Of a stretch of DNA of 64,000 nt, positions 48,159 through 56,993 are shown piece by piece. The notes under the pieces were generated by a model. That model did not search any database and was not told where the DNA came from. It saw nothing but the letters and a program-made list of their open reading frames with translations. The translations under genes were made by a program, and so were the position numbers. Position 1 is the stretch's first letter, and each line of letters starts with the position of its first letter. Source of the DNA: a virus; the IMG/VR virus record IMGVR_UViG_3300042945_002173; one strand, 5' to 3'.

Positions 48159-49103
48159 ATGAGCAGTGATTTCCTCTTCGTGGAACGATATCGTCCTCAA
48201 GTAATTGAGGATTGTATTCTTCCTGATGAAACTAAAAAAACATTTAAGGAGTTTGTGGAGAAGGGTGAGATTCCGAATCTTCTTCTCGCAGGACCTCCTG
48301 GTATTGGTAAAACTACCATTGCAAAAGCATTGTGTAATGAGTTGGGAGCAGACTATTATGTTATCAACGGATCCGACGAAGGGCGTTTCCTGGATACTGT
48401 ACGGAACCAAGCGAAGAACTTCGCTTCGACCGTCTCACTTACTGGATCTTCTAAACACAAAGTCATCATCATCGATGAGGCTGATAACACAGGGAACGAC
48501 GTACAACTCCTACTACGGGCGAATATTGAGGCATTTTATAACAACTGCCGATTCATCTTCACCTGCAACTACAAAAACAAAATTATTGAACCTCTTCACT
48601 CCCGATGTGCAGTCATCGACTTCACAATCAAAGGAAAGCAGCGAGTACAACTTGCAGGGAATTTCTTTCAAAGGTTACAATTTATCCTCGATCAGGAAAA
48701 GATTGAGTATGATCAAAAAGTCGTTGCGGAACTCGTATCCAAGCATTTTCCCGATTTTCGACGTGTTCTAAACGAAATCCAGAGGTATTCTACTGGTGGT
48801 AAAATTGATTCGGGAATTCTCGCATCTTTCTCTGACGTATCTGTAAATGAACTTGTTAAATCTCTCAAGGATAAAAACTTTTCTGAAGTCCGAAAGTGGG
48901 TGGTCTCCAACTTGGACAACGACGCTTCTCACCTTCTTCGCAGGGTTTATGACGCCGCTTTTGATCACCTTGTTCCCTCATCTATCCCTGCTGCCGTTCT
49001 TGTTATTGCTAAGTATCAATACCAATGTGCGTTCGTGGCTGACCAAGAAATTAATCTCTTAGCTGCATTGACTGAAATGATGGTGGAGTGTGAATTTAAA
49101 TGA
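48159..49103 (+). CDS. g44: clamp loader large subunit gp44
   Basis: VERYRP, GPPGIGKTT, IIDEAD, LHSRC motifs. Confidence 0.96.
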   Translation: MSSDFLFVERYRPQVIEDCILPDETKKTFKEFVEKGEIPNLLLAGPPGIGKTTIAKALCNELGADYYVINGSDEGRFLDTVRNQAKNFASTVSLTGSSKHKVIIIDEADNTGNDVQLLLRANIEAFYNNCRFIFTCNYKNKIIEPLHSRCAVIDFTIKGKQRVQLAGNFFQRLQFILDQEKIEYDQKVVAELVSKHFPDFRRVLNEIQRYSTGGKIDSGILASFSDVSVNELVKSLKDKNFSEVRKWVVSNLDNDASHLLRRVYDAAFDHLVPSSIPAAVLVIAKYQYQCAFVADQEINLLAALTEMMVECEFK

Positions 49104-49306
49104 ATCCTTATAAAATCAATAAGGCATCTCTGGTAGAACATCCAGTTAAGACAACTCCTGAAAATGTACGAGAGGCAAATGAAGGTCTCTTTCGTGCAAA
49201 AATGACTCTTCCTGCTGCCGCAAAGCATTGTGGTATGACACAGAAAGAAATGAAACTAACTTTTTTTGAGTATTTGAAGTATAACAAACCTGATTATGAA
49301 AACTGA
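49100..49306 (+). CDS. hypothetical protein
   Basis: 68-aa ORF with HTH-like LPAAAKHCGMT. Confidence 0.6.
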   Translation: MNPYKINKASLVEHPVKTTPENVREANEGLFRAKMTLPAAAKHCGMTQKEMKLTFFEYLKYNKPDYEN

Positions 49307-49865
49307 AATTAAATTTGATTTTGAAATGGTTATGGGTGTGGTTGAGTACACTCGCCGTCTTCGGTTTGGTGGGCAAAAATTTAGTCGCGCCATTATGATT
49401 GAAAAGGCAATTGAAAAGACTAGTAAAAATTTGACCTATGTTGGATTGGATGATACTTTAGGTCATGATTTTACTACCAAAGTAAATGGAGAAATTTGGC
49501 GTTTAGAAGCAAAGGGTGCGGATCATTTATTTCAGACTGATAGAACTTTTAATACTGTTAAAATAACTCTTAAAAATTTTCAAGGAAATGTGAATAATAA
49601 TTTTCCTGAAAAAAAGTTTGATGAAATGATTTTAATCGATCAGACTCAAAGGCACATTGGTATCGTATCCTTTGAGGATGCTTTGAAAAATTTTGATCCT
49701 AAAAAAAACCTTAAAAAATCTGGATTGAAGATTGTTGTTGATAAAAGAGATGTTGAGTATATTGCTAAAAATGTTTCTCTTGCTCCTAAAAACCAAGTAA
49801 AAGAACTGTATCACGAAATTGTTGATGAACTTTATAAGTGGGAGGATGAATCTGATGAGTGGTAG
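49296..49865 (+). CDS. hypothetical protein, possible PD-(D/E)XK nuclease
   Basis: GHDF.....WRLEAKG resembles a D..ExK motif; abuts dam. Confidence 0.45.
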   Translation: MKTEIKFDFEMVMGVVEYTRRLRFGGQKFSRAIMIEKAIEKTSKNLTYVGLDDTLGHDFTTKVNGEIWRLEAKGADHLFQTDRTFNTVKITLKNFQGNVNNNFPEKKFDEMILIDQTQRHIGIVSFEDALKNFDPKKNLKKSGLKIVVDKRDVEYIAKNVSLAPKNQVKELYHEIVDELYKWEDESDEW

Positions 49866-49866
49866 T

Positions 49867-50709
49867 ATGAAATCTCTTAAAACGCCATTGCGCTACCCCG
49901 GAGGTAAGTCCCGTGCTTGTGAAAAAATGGGGCAATATTTTCCCGATCTTCGTAACTATGAACAGTTCCGTGAACCATTCCTTGGTGGAGGAAGTGTTGC
50001 AATTTATATCACAAAGAAGTATCCCAACCTAGATATTTGGGTAAATGACTTATATGAACCTCTTGTAAACTTCTGGCAGCAACTCCAGATGTTTGGTACT
50101 GATATTAAAGACAAACTGGTAGATTTAAAGACCGCAAACAATACTCCCGTTTTAGCAAGAGAACTTTTTCTTAAAGCAAAGGAGCAAATCAATGACCAAA
50201 GTTTGCCTAGCATTGATCGTGCTGTGGCTTTCTATATTGTCAATAAGTGTTCTTTCAGTGGTCTCACAGAGAGTTCTTCATTTTCAGAACAGGCGTCCAA
50301 CTCCAATTTTTCAATGCGTGGGATTGAAAAGTTGCCTGAGTATTCTAAACTAATTTCCAAATGGCGTATAACTAACTATTCCTACGACTATTTGTTGGAT
50401 GGAAATATGGGTGCTTTTGTGTATCTCGATCCTCCTTATGATATTAAGGATAATCTCTATGGGCGCAAGGGATCAATGCACAAAGGATTTGATCACGATA
50501 AGTTTGCTGCTGATTGTGATGCTTGCTATATGCATCAACTAATAAGTTATAATTCTGATCAACTGGTTAAAGATCGCTTTAAGAACTGGAAGACAGGTGA
50601 GTTTGATCTAACTTATACGATGCGTTCTGTTGGTGAATATATGCGGGAGCAAAAAGAAAGAAAGGAACTTTTACTGTTTAATTATAATAAAGATTTGTTA
50701 TGGAATTGA
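49867..50709 (+). CDS. dam: DNA adenine methyltransferase (D12 class)
   Basis: PLRYPGGKS, EPFLGGGSV, YLDPPY motifs. Confidence 0.92.
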   Translation: MKSLKTPLRYPGGKSRACEKMGQYFPDLRNYEQFREPFLGGGSVAIYITKKYPNLDIWVNDLYEPLVNFWQQLQMFGTDIKDKLVDLKTANNTPVLARELFLKAKEQINDQSLPSIDRAVAFYIVNKCSFSGLTESSSFSEQASNSNFSMRGIEKLPEYSKLISKWRITNYSYDYLLDGNMGAFVYLDPPYDIKDNLYGRKGSMHKGFDHDKFAADCDACYMHQLISYNSDQLVKDRFKNWKTGEFDLTYTMRSVGEYMREQKERKELLLFNYNKDLLWN

Positions 50710-51080
50710 AGGACTGGTTAAACTCGATCAATCAAACGAAGCAAAACCTGATTGAAGAAGACCCTTCACTTGAAAAGGAATATCCTCCTTATATCATCAA
50801 TCGTTGTTTTTCTGGACACCTTGATGCAGTGATGTTTGCGAATGAAATGAATCGATATCATTTCCTTCCCAAGAAGATGCAGTATGACTTTTTTATAAAT
50901 AGTCTGAGGAAAAAGAAGAGATTTTCTCCCTGGCTCCGTCAAGATAAAATCAAAGACCTTGATTATGTCAAACGTTATTATGGTTATAGTAATGAAAAGG
51001 CAAAACAAGCTTTGAGGATTCTTACAAAAGAACAACTAACATTTATTAAATCGAAATTTGAAACTGGAGGAAAAAAATGA
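50700..51080 (+). CDS. g62: clamp loader small subunit gp62
   Basis: YPPYIINRCFS, KKKRFSPW, YYGYSNEKA motifs. Confidence 0.93.
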   Translation: MELKDWLNSINQTKQNLIEEDPSLEKEYPPYIINRCFSGHLDAVMFANEMNRYHFLPKKMQYDFFINSLRKKKRFSPWLRQDKIKDLDYVKRYYGYSNEKAKQALRILTKEQLTFIKSKFETGGKK

Positions 51081-51517
51081 GTGTCGTTCAAGAACCTGAA
51101 GTGAAGTGGTCGCCCGATCAAATGGTTGAAGTGGTTCTTAATGAACCTGATGACTTTTTGAAAGTGCGTGAAACTTTGACTCGTATTGGAGTCGCATCAC
51201 GAAAGGAAAAGAAAATTTATCAATCTTGCCATATTCTACACAAGCAAGGTAGATATTATCTCGTTCACTTTAAGGAACTGTTTGCTCTGGATGGTAAACA
51301 TGCAAACCTGACCGTGAATGATGTTCAGCGTCGCAATCGCATTGCTCAACTTCTTGCTGACTGGGGTCTCATCACTATTGTTGATGTAACCAAGATTCAA
51401 GATATTGCTCCACTCAACCAAATCAAAGTTCTTGCTTATAAAGATAAGGGTGACTGGATTCTGGAAACCAAATACAATATTGGTTCCAAAAAGAAGAGAG
51501 TAGAAGAAACCGAATGA
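51077..51517 (+). CDS. regA: translational repressor RegA
   Basis: DDFLKVRETLTRIG, QSCHILHKQGRYYLVHFKELF. Confidence 0.97.
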   Translation: MSVVQEPEVKWSPDQMVEVVLNEPDDFLKVRETLTRIGVASRKEKKIYQSCHILHKQGRYYLVHFKELFALDGKHANLTVNDVQRRNRIAQLLADWGLITIVDVTKIQDIAPLNQIKVLAYKDKGDWILETKYNIGSKKKRVEETE

Positions 51518-51522
51518 TAAGG

Positions 51523-51548
51523 AGCGGGTTACAACACCCGCTTTTTTT
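51523..51548 (+). terminator. terminator after regA
   Basis: AGCGGGT-TACAAC-ACCCGCT plus T-tract. Confidence 0.85.
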
Positions 51549-51624
51549 ATGCTTCTGTTATAATTATATACGGATGCCGAAAGGGTCCACAAAACACAAA
51601 CTCGCTTTTAAAGGAGCTACTATA

Positions 51625-52065
51625 ATGACTAACCTTGCAACATCGCGGTTTACTGCGTCCGATCTTCCTGCCTTGATGGACAGGATTACTCGTAATAGCA
51701 TTGGGATGGATGAATATTTTGATCGTCTATTCAATCTTCATGAAACTACAACAAATTATCCTCCTTATAATTTGGTCCAAATAAATAATGTCGAATCCCA
51801 TCTGGAACTCGCATTAGCAGGATTCAAGAAAGGAGAAGTCAATGTTTTCACAGAATATGGAAAGCTTTTTGTCGAAGGACAAAAAGCAGATGCCGAAACG
51901 GATAGGACGTTTATCCACAAGGGAGTGGCTCAAAGAAGTTTTAAACGAGCGTGGACTTTATCCGACGACACAGAAGTCCGCGAGGTCACATTTGAAGACG
52001 GACTTCTACGGATCGTACTTGGGAAAGTAGTGCCAGAACATCACGCCCGTAAGGACTATCTCTAA
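51625..52065 (+). CDS. hsp20: small heat-shock protein (Hsp20/IbpA-like)
   Basis: NYPPYNL, LELALAGF, HKGVAQRSF, FEDGLL motifs; SD AAGGAG upstream of ATG 51625. Confidence 0.93.
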   Translation: MTNLATSRFTASDLPALMDRITRNSIGMDEYFDRLFNLHETTTNYPPYNLVQINNVESHLELALAGFKKGEVNVFTEYGKLFVEGQKADAETDRTFIHKGVAQRSFKRAWTLSDDTEVREVTFEDGLLRIVLGKVVPEHHARKDYL

Positions 52066-52112
52066 ATAGAATTGAATATCGTCGGCGCGGGGAGCACCTG
52101 GCAAAATCCAGG

Positions 52113-52141
52113 TTGACTCCCCCTTTTTTTCTTGCTATAAT
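52113..52141 (+). promoter_or_regulatory. sigma70-like promoter overlapping a terminator
   Basis: TTGACT-17nt-TATAAT with extended -10 (TGc); overlaps a GC hairpin plus T7. Confidence 0.75.
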
Positions 52142-52163
52142 AGTAAAAGGATAGTGAAACCAA

Positions 52164-52508
52164 ATGACTATTAAATTGATGCTCCTGAAAACAGGAGAGA
52201 CTATAATTAGCGATGCAAAAGAAGTCGTTTCTGATGAAGTTGTCAGAGGATATCTTTTGTCAAATCCACATTATGTTGAAACAAAAGAGAAAACGGTTTT
52301 AACTGAAAGTGATAGTGGAAGATCAAATTATGAGATTGATGTTATTCTTACACCTTGGATGATTCTATCTAAGGATAAGAAATTTGTAATTACCTTAGAT
52401 TATGTGGTTACGATTTGTGATCCCATTGACACTGTTATGGAAATGTATTTGAATAAGACTGGAGTTCCATTGCAAGTTGAGGAAAAGGAGGACGAAGAAA
52501 ATGAGTGA
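52164..52508 (+). CDS. conserved hypothetical protein
   Basis: IKLMLLKTGETIISD motif. Confidence 0.75.
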   Translation: MTIKLMLLKTGETIISDAKEVVSDEVVRGYLLSNPHYVETKEKTVLTESDSGRSNYEIDVILTPWMILSKDKKFVITLDYVVTICDPIDTVMEMYLNKTGVPLQVEEKEDEENE

Positions 52509-52758
52509 TAAAGTTGTAAAATGTATTTTAATCGGTGTTGATGTCATTCTTATTACAGAAATTGTTGAATTAATGGCGGATATTGGTGAACCTGATTGTA
52601 AACTTATTAATCCCTACCGATTTTATGATTTAAATAAAATGGAACCCTGGGTTCAATCATCAAATCAAAAAGAATATATGGTAAGATCAAGTGATATTCT
52701 GACTATTGCTGATCCAAGTCCAGAAGTTATTGAAAAGTATCTTGAACTAACTGCATAA
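52501..52758 (+). CDS. conserved hypothetical protein
   Basis: GEPDCKLINPY motif; TAATG-coupled to g43. Confidence 0.75.
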   Translation: MSDKVVKCILIGVDVILITEIVELMADIGEPDCKLINPYRFYDLNKMEPWVQSSNQKEYMVRSSDILTIADPSPEVIEKYLELTA

Positions 52759-55259
52759 TGCGATTCTACACAAACGTTCAAATGGTCGGGGATAACTTTC
52801 TCGTTCGTGGTTATGAAAATGGTCAACATTTTATGACTCGTGAGAAGTTTAACCCGACTCTTTTTGTCCCTTCAAATAAAAAAACTAAATATCAAACTCT
52901 TGGTGGAGAGTATGTTGAATCTGTTCAACCTGGATCTGTTCGTGATTGTAGGGAGTTTATTAAAAAATATGAGGGCGTAGAAAACTTTAAAATCTATGGA
53001 AATACTGGATACATTTACCAGTATATTTCTGAAATGTATCCAGAAGAAGAACTTAAGTTTGACATCAACAAAATTAAACTCACAACTCTTGATATTGAGG
53101 TTGCTTCTGAAAATGGATTTCCTGATGTAGAATCTGCGGCAGAGGAAGTACTGCTGATTACTATTCAAGATTATACTACCAAACAAATTAATACTTGGGG
53201 ATTAGGAAAGTTTAATAATACTCAGAATAATGTCAGATATAGGTCTTTTTCTACCGAATATGATTTATTGAATGATTTCATTAACTGGTGGATGATTGAA
53301 TCTAATACACCAGAAGTTGTAACTGGGTGGAATAGTAAACTGTACGATATTCCTTATCTTGTTCGACGTATTGATCGTGTTCTTGGTGAAAAACTAATGA
53401 AACGTTTGTCACCCTGGGGTCTAGTTACGGAAGATGAAACTTATATCTCAGGTAGGAAACACGTTTGTTATGATATTGGTGGAATTTCCCAGTTAGATTA
53501 TCTTGATCTTTATAAGAAGTTTACTTATAAAGCACAAGAATCTTATCGACTTGATTATATTGCCGAAGTTGAACTTGGACAAAAGAAACTAGATCACTCT
53601 GAGTTTGATACCTTTAAGGACTTCTATACAAAGGGTTGGCAAAAGTTTGTAGAGTACAACATCAAAGACGTGGAACTTGTTGACCGAATGGAAGACAAGA
53701 TGAAACTGATTGAACTTGCTCTTACTATGGCATATGACGCCAAAGCGAACTATGAGGATGTATTCTCCCAGGTTCGTATGTGGGATACGATCATCTACAA
53801 TTATCTCAAGAAGAGAAACATTGTGATTCCTCCCAAAGAACGTTCTGATAAGGATTCCAAGTATGCTGGTGCTTATGTGAAAGAACCCATTCCTGGAAAG
53901 TATGATTGGGTTGTATCTTTTGACCTTAACTCACTATATCCTCACCTGATTATGCAGTACAATATTTCACCAGAAACTCTTTTGGATGAAAGGCACCCAA
54001 ATGTAACTGTTGATAAAATTCTCAATCAACAAACCAATTTTGAATTGTATAAGGATTATGCAGTTTGTGCAAATGGGGCAATGTTCCGTAAGGATGTGCG
54101 TGGTTTTCTTCCAGAATTGATGGAGAAGATCTATAAAGATCGTACCGTCTATAAGAAGAAGATGCTTGCTGCTAAACAGGAGTATGAGAAGAAAAAAACC
54201 AAGGAGTTGGAAAAAGAGATTGCTCGATGTAACAACATCCAAATGGCAAGGAAGATTCAACTTAACTCTGCTTATGGTGCCATTGGTAATCAGTATTTCC
54301 GATATTACAAACTAGCAAATGCAGAGGCAATCACCTTGTCAGGTCAGGTTTCTATCCGTTGGATTGAGAACAAGATGAATGCCTATTTAAATAAAATTCT
54401 CAAAACCGATGAGGTTGATTATGTCATTGCTTCTGATACTGACTCCATTTATCTTAATATGGGTCCTTTGGTTGAAAGTGTATACAAGGGAAGAGAGAAA
54501 ACTGCTCAAAGCGTTGTTTCGTTCCTTGATAAGGTCTGTCAGGTGGAATTTGAAAAGTATATTGAAAGTTGCTACCAAGAACTGGCTGAGTATGTGAATG
54601 CTTATGATCAAAAGATGCAGATGAAGCGTGAGAATATTGCTGAGCGTGGAATCTGGACTGCCAAGAAACGATACATTTTGAACGTCTGGGACAGTGAAGG
54701 TGTTCGTTATGAAGAACCTAAATTGAAAATGATGGGTATCGAAGCAGTTAAATCATCTACCCCTGCCCCTTGTCGCAAGATGATTAAGGATGGACTCAAA
54801 TTGATGATGAGTGGAACTGAGGATGATGTTATTAACTTTATTGATGAGTGCCGCGAAGAATTTAGAAAACTTCCCCCTGAACAAATTGCATTTCCAAGAA
54901 CTGCTTCTGATGTTCGTAAATATCATTCTTCCTCTACAATTTATGCCCAAAAGACTCCAATTCATATTCGCGGAGCACTATTATTCAATCATTATATAAA
55001 GGACAAGAAACTTACTAATAAGTATTCTTTAATTGCTAATGGAGAAAAGATTAAATTCATTTTCTTGAAAAAACCAAATATCATTCAAGAAAATGTGATT
55101 TCTTTCATTCAAGATTTTCCTAAGGAACTTGGTCTTGACAAATACATTGACTATGAATTACAATTTGAAAAGAGTTTTATTGATCCACTCAAATCTATTC
55201 TTGATGCAATTGGGTGGTCTGTCGAAAAAACTGTAAACCTTGAACTCTTTTTTACTTAA
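52758..55259 (+). CDS. g43: family B DNA polymerase gp43
   Basis: DIE exonuclease, SFDLNSLYP, KIQLNSAYG, SDTDS motifs; uninterrupted. Confidence 0.98.
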   Translation: MRFYTNVQMVGDNFLVRGYENGQHFMTREKFNPTLFVPSNKKTKYQTLGGEYVESVQPGSVRDCREFIKKYEGVENFKIYGNTGYIYQYISEMYPEEELKFDINKIKLTTLDIEVASENGFPDVESAAEEVLLITIQDYTTKQINTWGLGKFNNTQNNVRYRSFSTEYDLLNDFINWWMIESNTPEVVTGWNSKLYDIPYLVRRIDRVLGEKLMKRLSPWGLVTEDETYISGRKHVCYDIGGISQLDYLDLYKKFTYKAQESYRLDYIAEVELGQKKLDHSEFDTFKDFYTKGWQKFVEYNIKDVELVDRMEDKMKLIELALTMAYDAKANYEDVFSQVRMWDTIIYNYLKKRNIVIPPKERSDKDSKYAGAYVKEPIPGKYDWVVSFDLNSLYPHLIMQYNISPETLLDERHPNVTVDKILNQQTNFELYKDYAVCANGAMFRKDVRGFLPELMEKIYKDRTVYKKKMLAAKQEYEKKKTKELEKEIARCNNIQMARKIQLNSAYGAIGNQYFRYYKLANAEAITLSGQVSIRWIENKMNAYLNKILKTDEVDYVIASDTDSIYLNMGPLVESVYKGREKTAQSVVSFLDKVCQVEFEKYIESCYQELAEYVNAYDQKMQMKRENIAERGIWTAKKRYILNVWDSEGVRYEEPKLKMMGIEAVKSSTPAPCRKMIKDGLKLMMSGTEDDVINFIDECREEFRKLPPEQIAFPRTASDVRKYHSSSTIYAQKTPIHIRGALLFNHYIKDKKLTNKYSLIANGEKIKFIFLKKPNIIQENVISFIQDFPKELGLDKYIDYELQFEKSFIDPLKSILDAIGWSVEKTVNLELFFT

Positions 55260-55267
55260 AATATGAA

Positions 55268-55807
55268 ATGATCATTTCGGAACTCAATATACCATTTTAT
55301 CAATTCAAAATTGAAAATTGGAAGGATAAAAAAAATAATCTTCTTGAAATATATTCATCTGTAGAAAATATTCTAACTTCAAAAGATCCAACATCTTTGG
55401 TTTATACTGATTTTGGAATTTCTAAAATTAATTATGTTGGACGTGTAGTTGAGGTACTGAAAGAAGATTTAGAAAAATTTTATTCAGAATCTAAAATAGG
55501 AGAGAGAGTTTCAATAAGTTGCTGGTTTCAAAAATATGTAAAAGGATGTTTTCATTCTCCACATAATCATGGACCTATTGGATATAGTTCTGTATGTTTC
55601 ATTGAATATGATAAAAATGAACATATGCCAACAAGATTTATTTTACCATTTAACAATATAATGACTGGAGAAATAAACGAATATTATCCAAAAAATTTAG
55701 ATGAGGGCACAATTATATTTTTTCCTTCATTTTTAAATCATTATGTTTTGCCTAATAAATCTAATAAATTGAGAATTATTTTATCAATGAATATCAAAAA
55801 ACTTTAA
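55268..55807 (+). CDS. putative 2OG-Fe(II) oxygenase
   Basis: WFQKY...HSPHNH, EGTIIFFPSFLNHYV.P.....RIILSMN. Confidence 0.8.
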   Translation: MIISELNIPFYQFKIENWKDKKNNLLEIYSSVENILTSKDPTSLVYTDFGISKINYVGRVVEVLKEDLEKFYSESKIGERVSISCWFQKYVKGCFHSPHNHGPIGYSSVCFIEYDKNEHMPTRFILPFNNIMTGEINEYYPKNLDEGTIIFFPSFLNHYVLPNKSNKLRIILSMNIKKL

Positions 55808-55821
55808 TATGGATTACTAAA

Positions 55822-55986
55822 ATGGATTTGCCTATTAACGATGAAGAACTGAGCACAATTGTAAGTGCTATGCACCTTGGTGGAGATGTTGCACTTTACC
55901 AAAAACTTAAACTTGTAAAAGAACTTAGGGAACAAGGTTTACCTTATAAAAAAATACTTCGTGAACAATACGGGATGGTAGCATAA
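55822..55986 (+). CDS. small hypothetical protein (54 aa); not in ORF track
   Basis: MDLPINDEELSTIVSAMHLGGDVALYQKLKLVKELREQGLPYKKILREQYGMVA; TAATG-coupled to uvsX. Confidence 0.7.
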   Translation: MDLPINDEELSTIVSAMHLGGDVALYQKLKLVKELREQGLPYKKILREQYGMVA

Positions 55987-56993
55987 TGGATTTTCTTAAA
56001 GATATTGTAAAAGAAATTGGTGGTGATTACGCACAGATCGCCTCAGAAATTGATGAAACTGAAAGGTATGTTGATACAGGTTCATATATTTTTAATGCAC
56101 TGGTTTCAGGTAGCATATTTGGTGGTGTATCTGGGAATAAGATTACTGCTATTGCTGGAGAGTCTTCTACTGGAAAGACTTTTTTCTCTCTCGCCGTGGT
56201 TAAGAACTTTCTTGATACTTATCCCGATGGTTACTGTATCTACTTTGACACTGAGGCTGCTATCAATAAATCTATGCTGACTGCTCGCAGTATTGACACT
56301 GATAGATTTGCCAGAGTGGAAGTAGTTACTGTTGAAGAATTTCGTAGTAAAGCACTTAAAGCAGTTGATCTTCACTTGAAAAAACCAGTAGATGAACGCA
56401 GACCTTGTATGTTTGTGCTAGACTCTTTGGGTATGCTTTCTACTGAGAAAGAAATTACTGATGCACTAAATGATAAACAAGTTCGTGATATGACTAAATC
56501 GCAACTTATTAAGGGTGCTTTTCGTATGCTTACTTTAAAACTAGGGCAAGCAAATATTCCAATGATTGTTACCAATCACACCTACGATGTTATTGGCGCA
56601 TATGTTCCTACAAAAGAAATGGGTGGTGGTAGTGGTCTTAAATATGCTGCTTCCACGATTATTCACCTTTCCAAGAAAAAGGAAAAGGATGGAACAGAAG
56701 TCGTTGGAAATATTATCAAGGCAAAGACTGCTAAGTCGCGTCTAAGTAAGGAGAATAAGGATGTTGAGGTACGCCTTTATTATGATGAGCGTGGTCTTGA
56801 TCGTTACTATGGTCTTCTTGAACTCGGTGAGATTGGCGGACTTTGGAAGAATGTAGCAGGACGCTATGAGATTGATGGTAAGAAAATCTATGGTAAACAG
56901 ATTCTTGCCAATCCCGATGAATACTTTACCGAAGAAGTAATGCAGCAACTTGATGCTGTCGCGAAACAACATTTCTCTTATGGAACGAATTGA
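55986..56993 (+). CDS. uvsX: RecA-like recombinase UvsX
   Basis: AGESSTGKT, FDTE, VLDSLGML, MGGGSGLKYAAS. Confidence 0.96.
   Translation: MDFLKDIVKEIGGDYAQIASEIDETERYVDTGSYIFNALVSGSIFGGVSGNKITAIAGESSTGKTFFSLAVVKNFLDTYPDGYCIYFDTEAAINKSMLTARSIDTDRFARVEVVTVEEFRSKALKAVDLHLKKPVDERRPCMFVLDSLGMLSTEKEITDALNDKQVRDMTKSQLIKGAFRMLTLKLGQANIPMIVTNHTYDVIGAYVPTKEMGGGSGLKYAASTIIHLSKKKEKDGTEVVGNIIKAKTAKSRLSKENKDVEVRLYYDERGLDRYYGLLELGEIGGLWKNVAGRYEIDGKKIYGKQILANPDEYFTEEVMQQLDAVAKQHFSYGTN

Noticed and set aside
48205-48771. 188-aa alternative-frame ORF inside g44
   Set aside because: Overlaps a conserved core gene; no motif or initiation signal
51514-51624. N-terminal extension of hsp20 in the ORF track
   Set aside because: Spans the regA terminator and a promoter; the SD precedes ATG 51625
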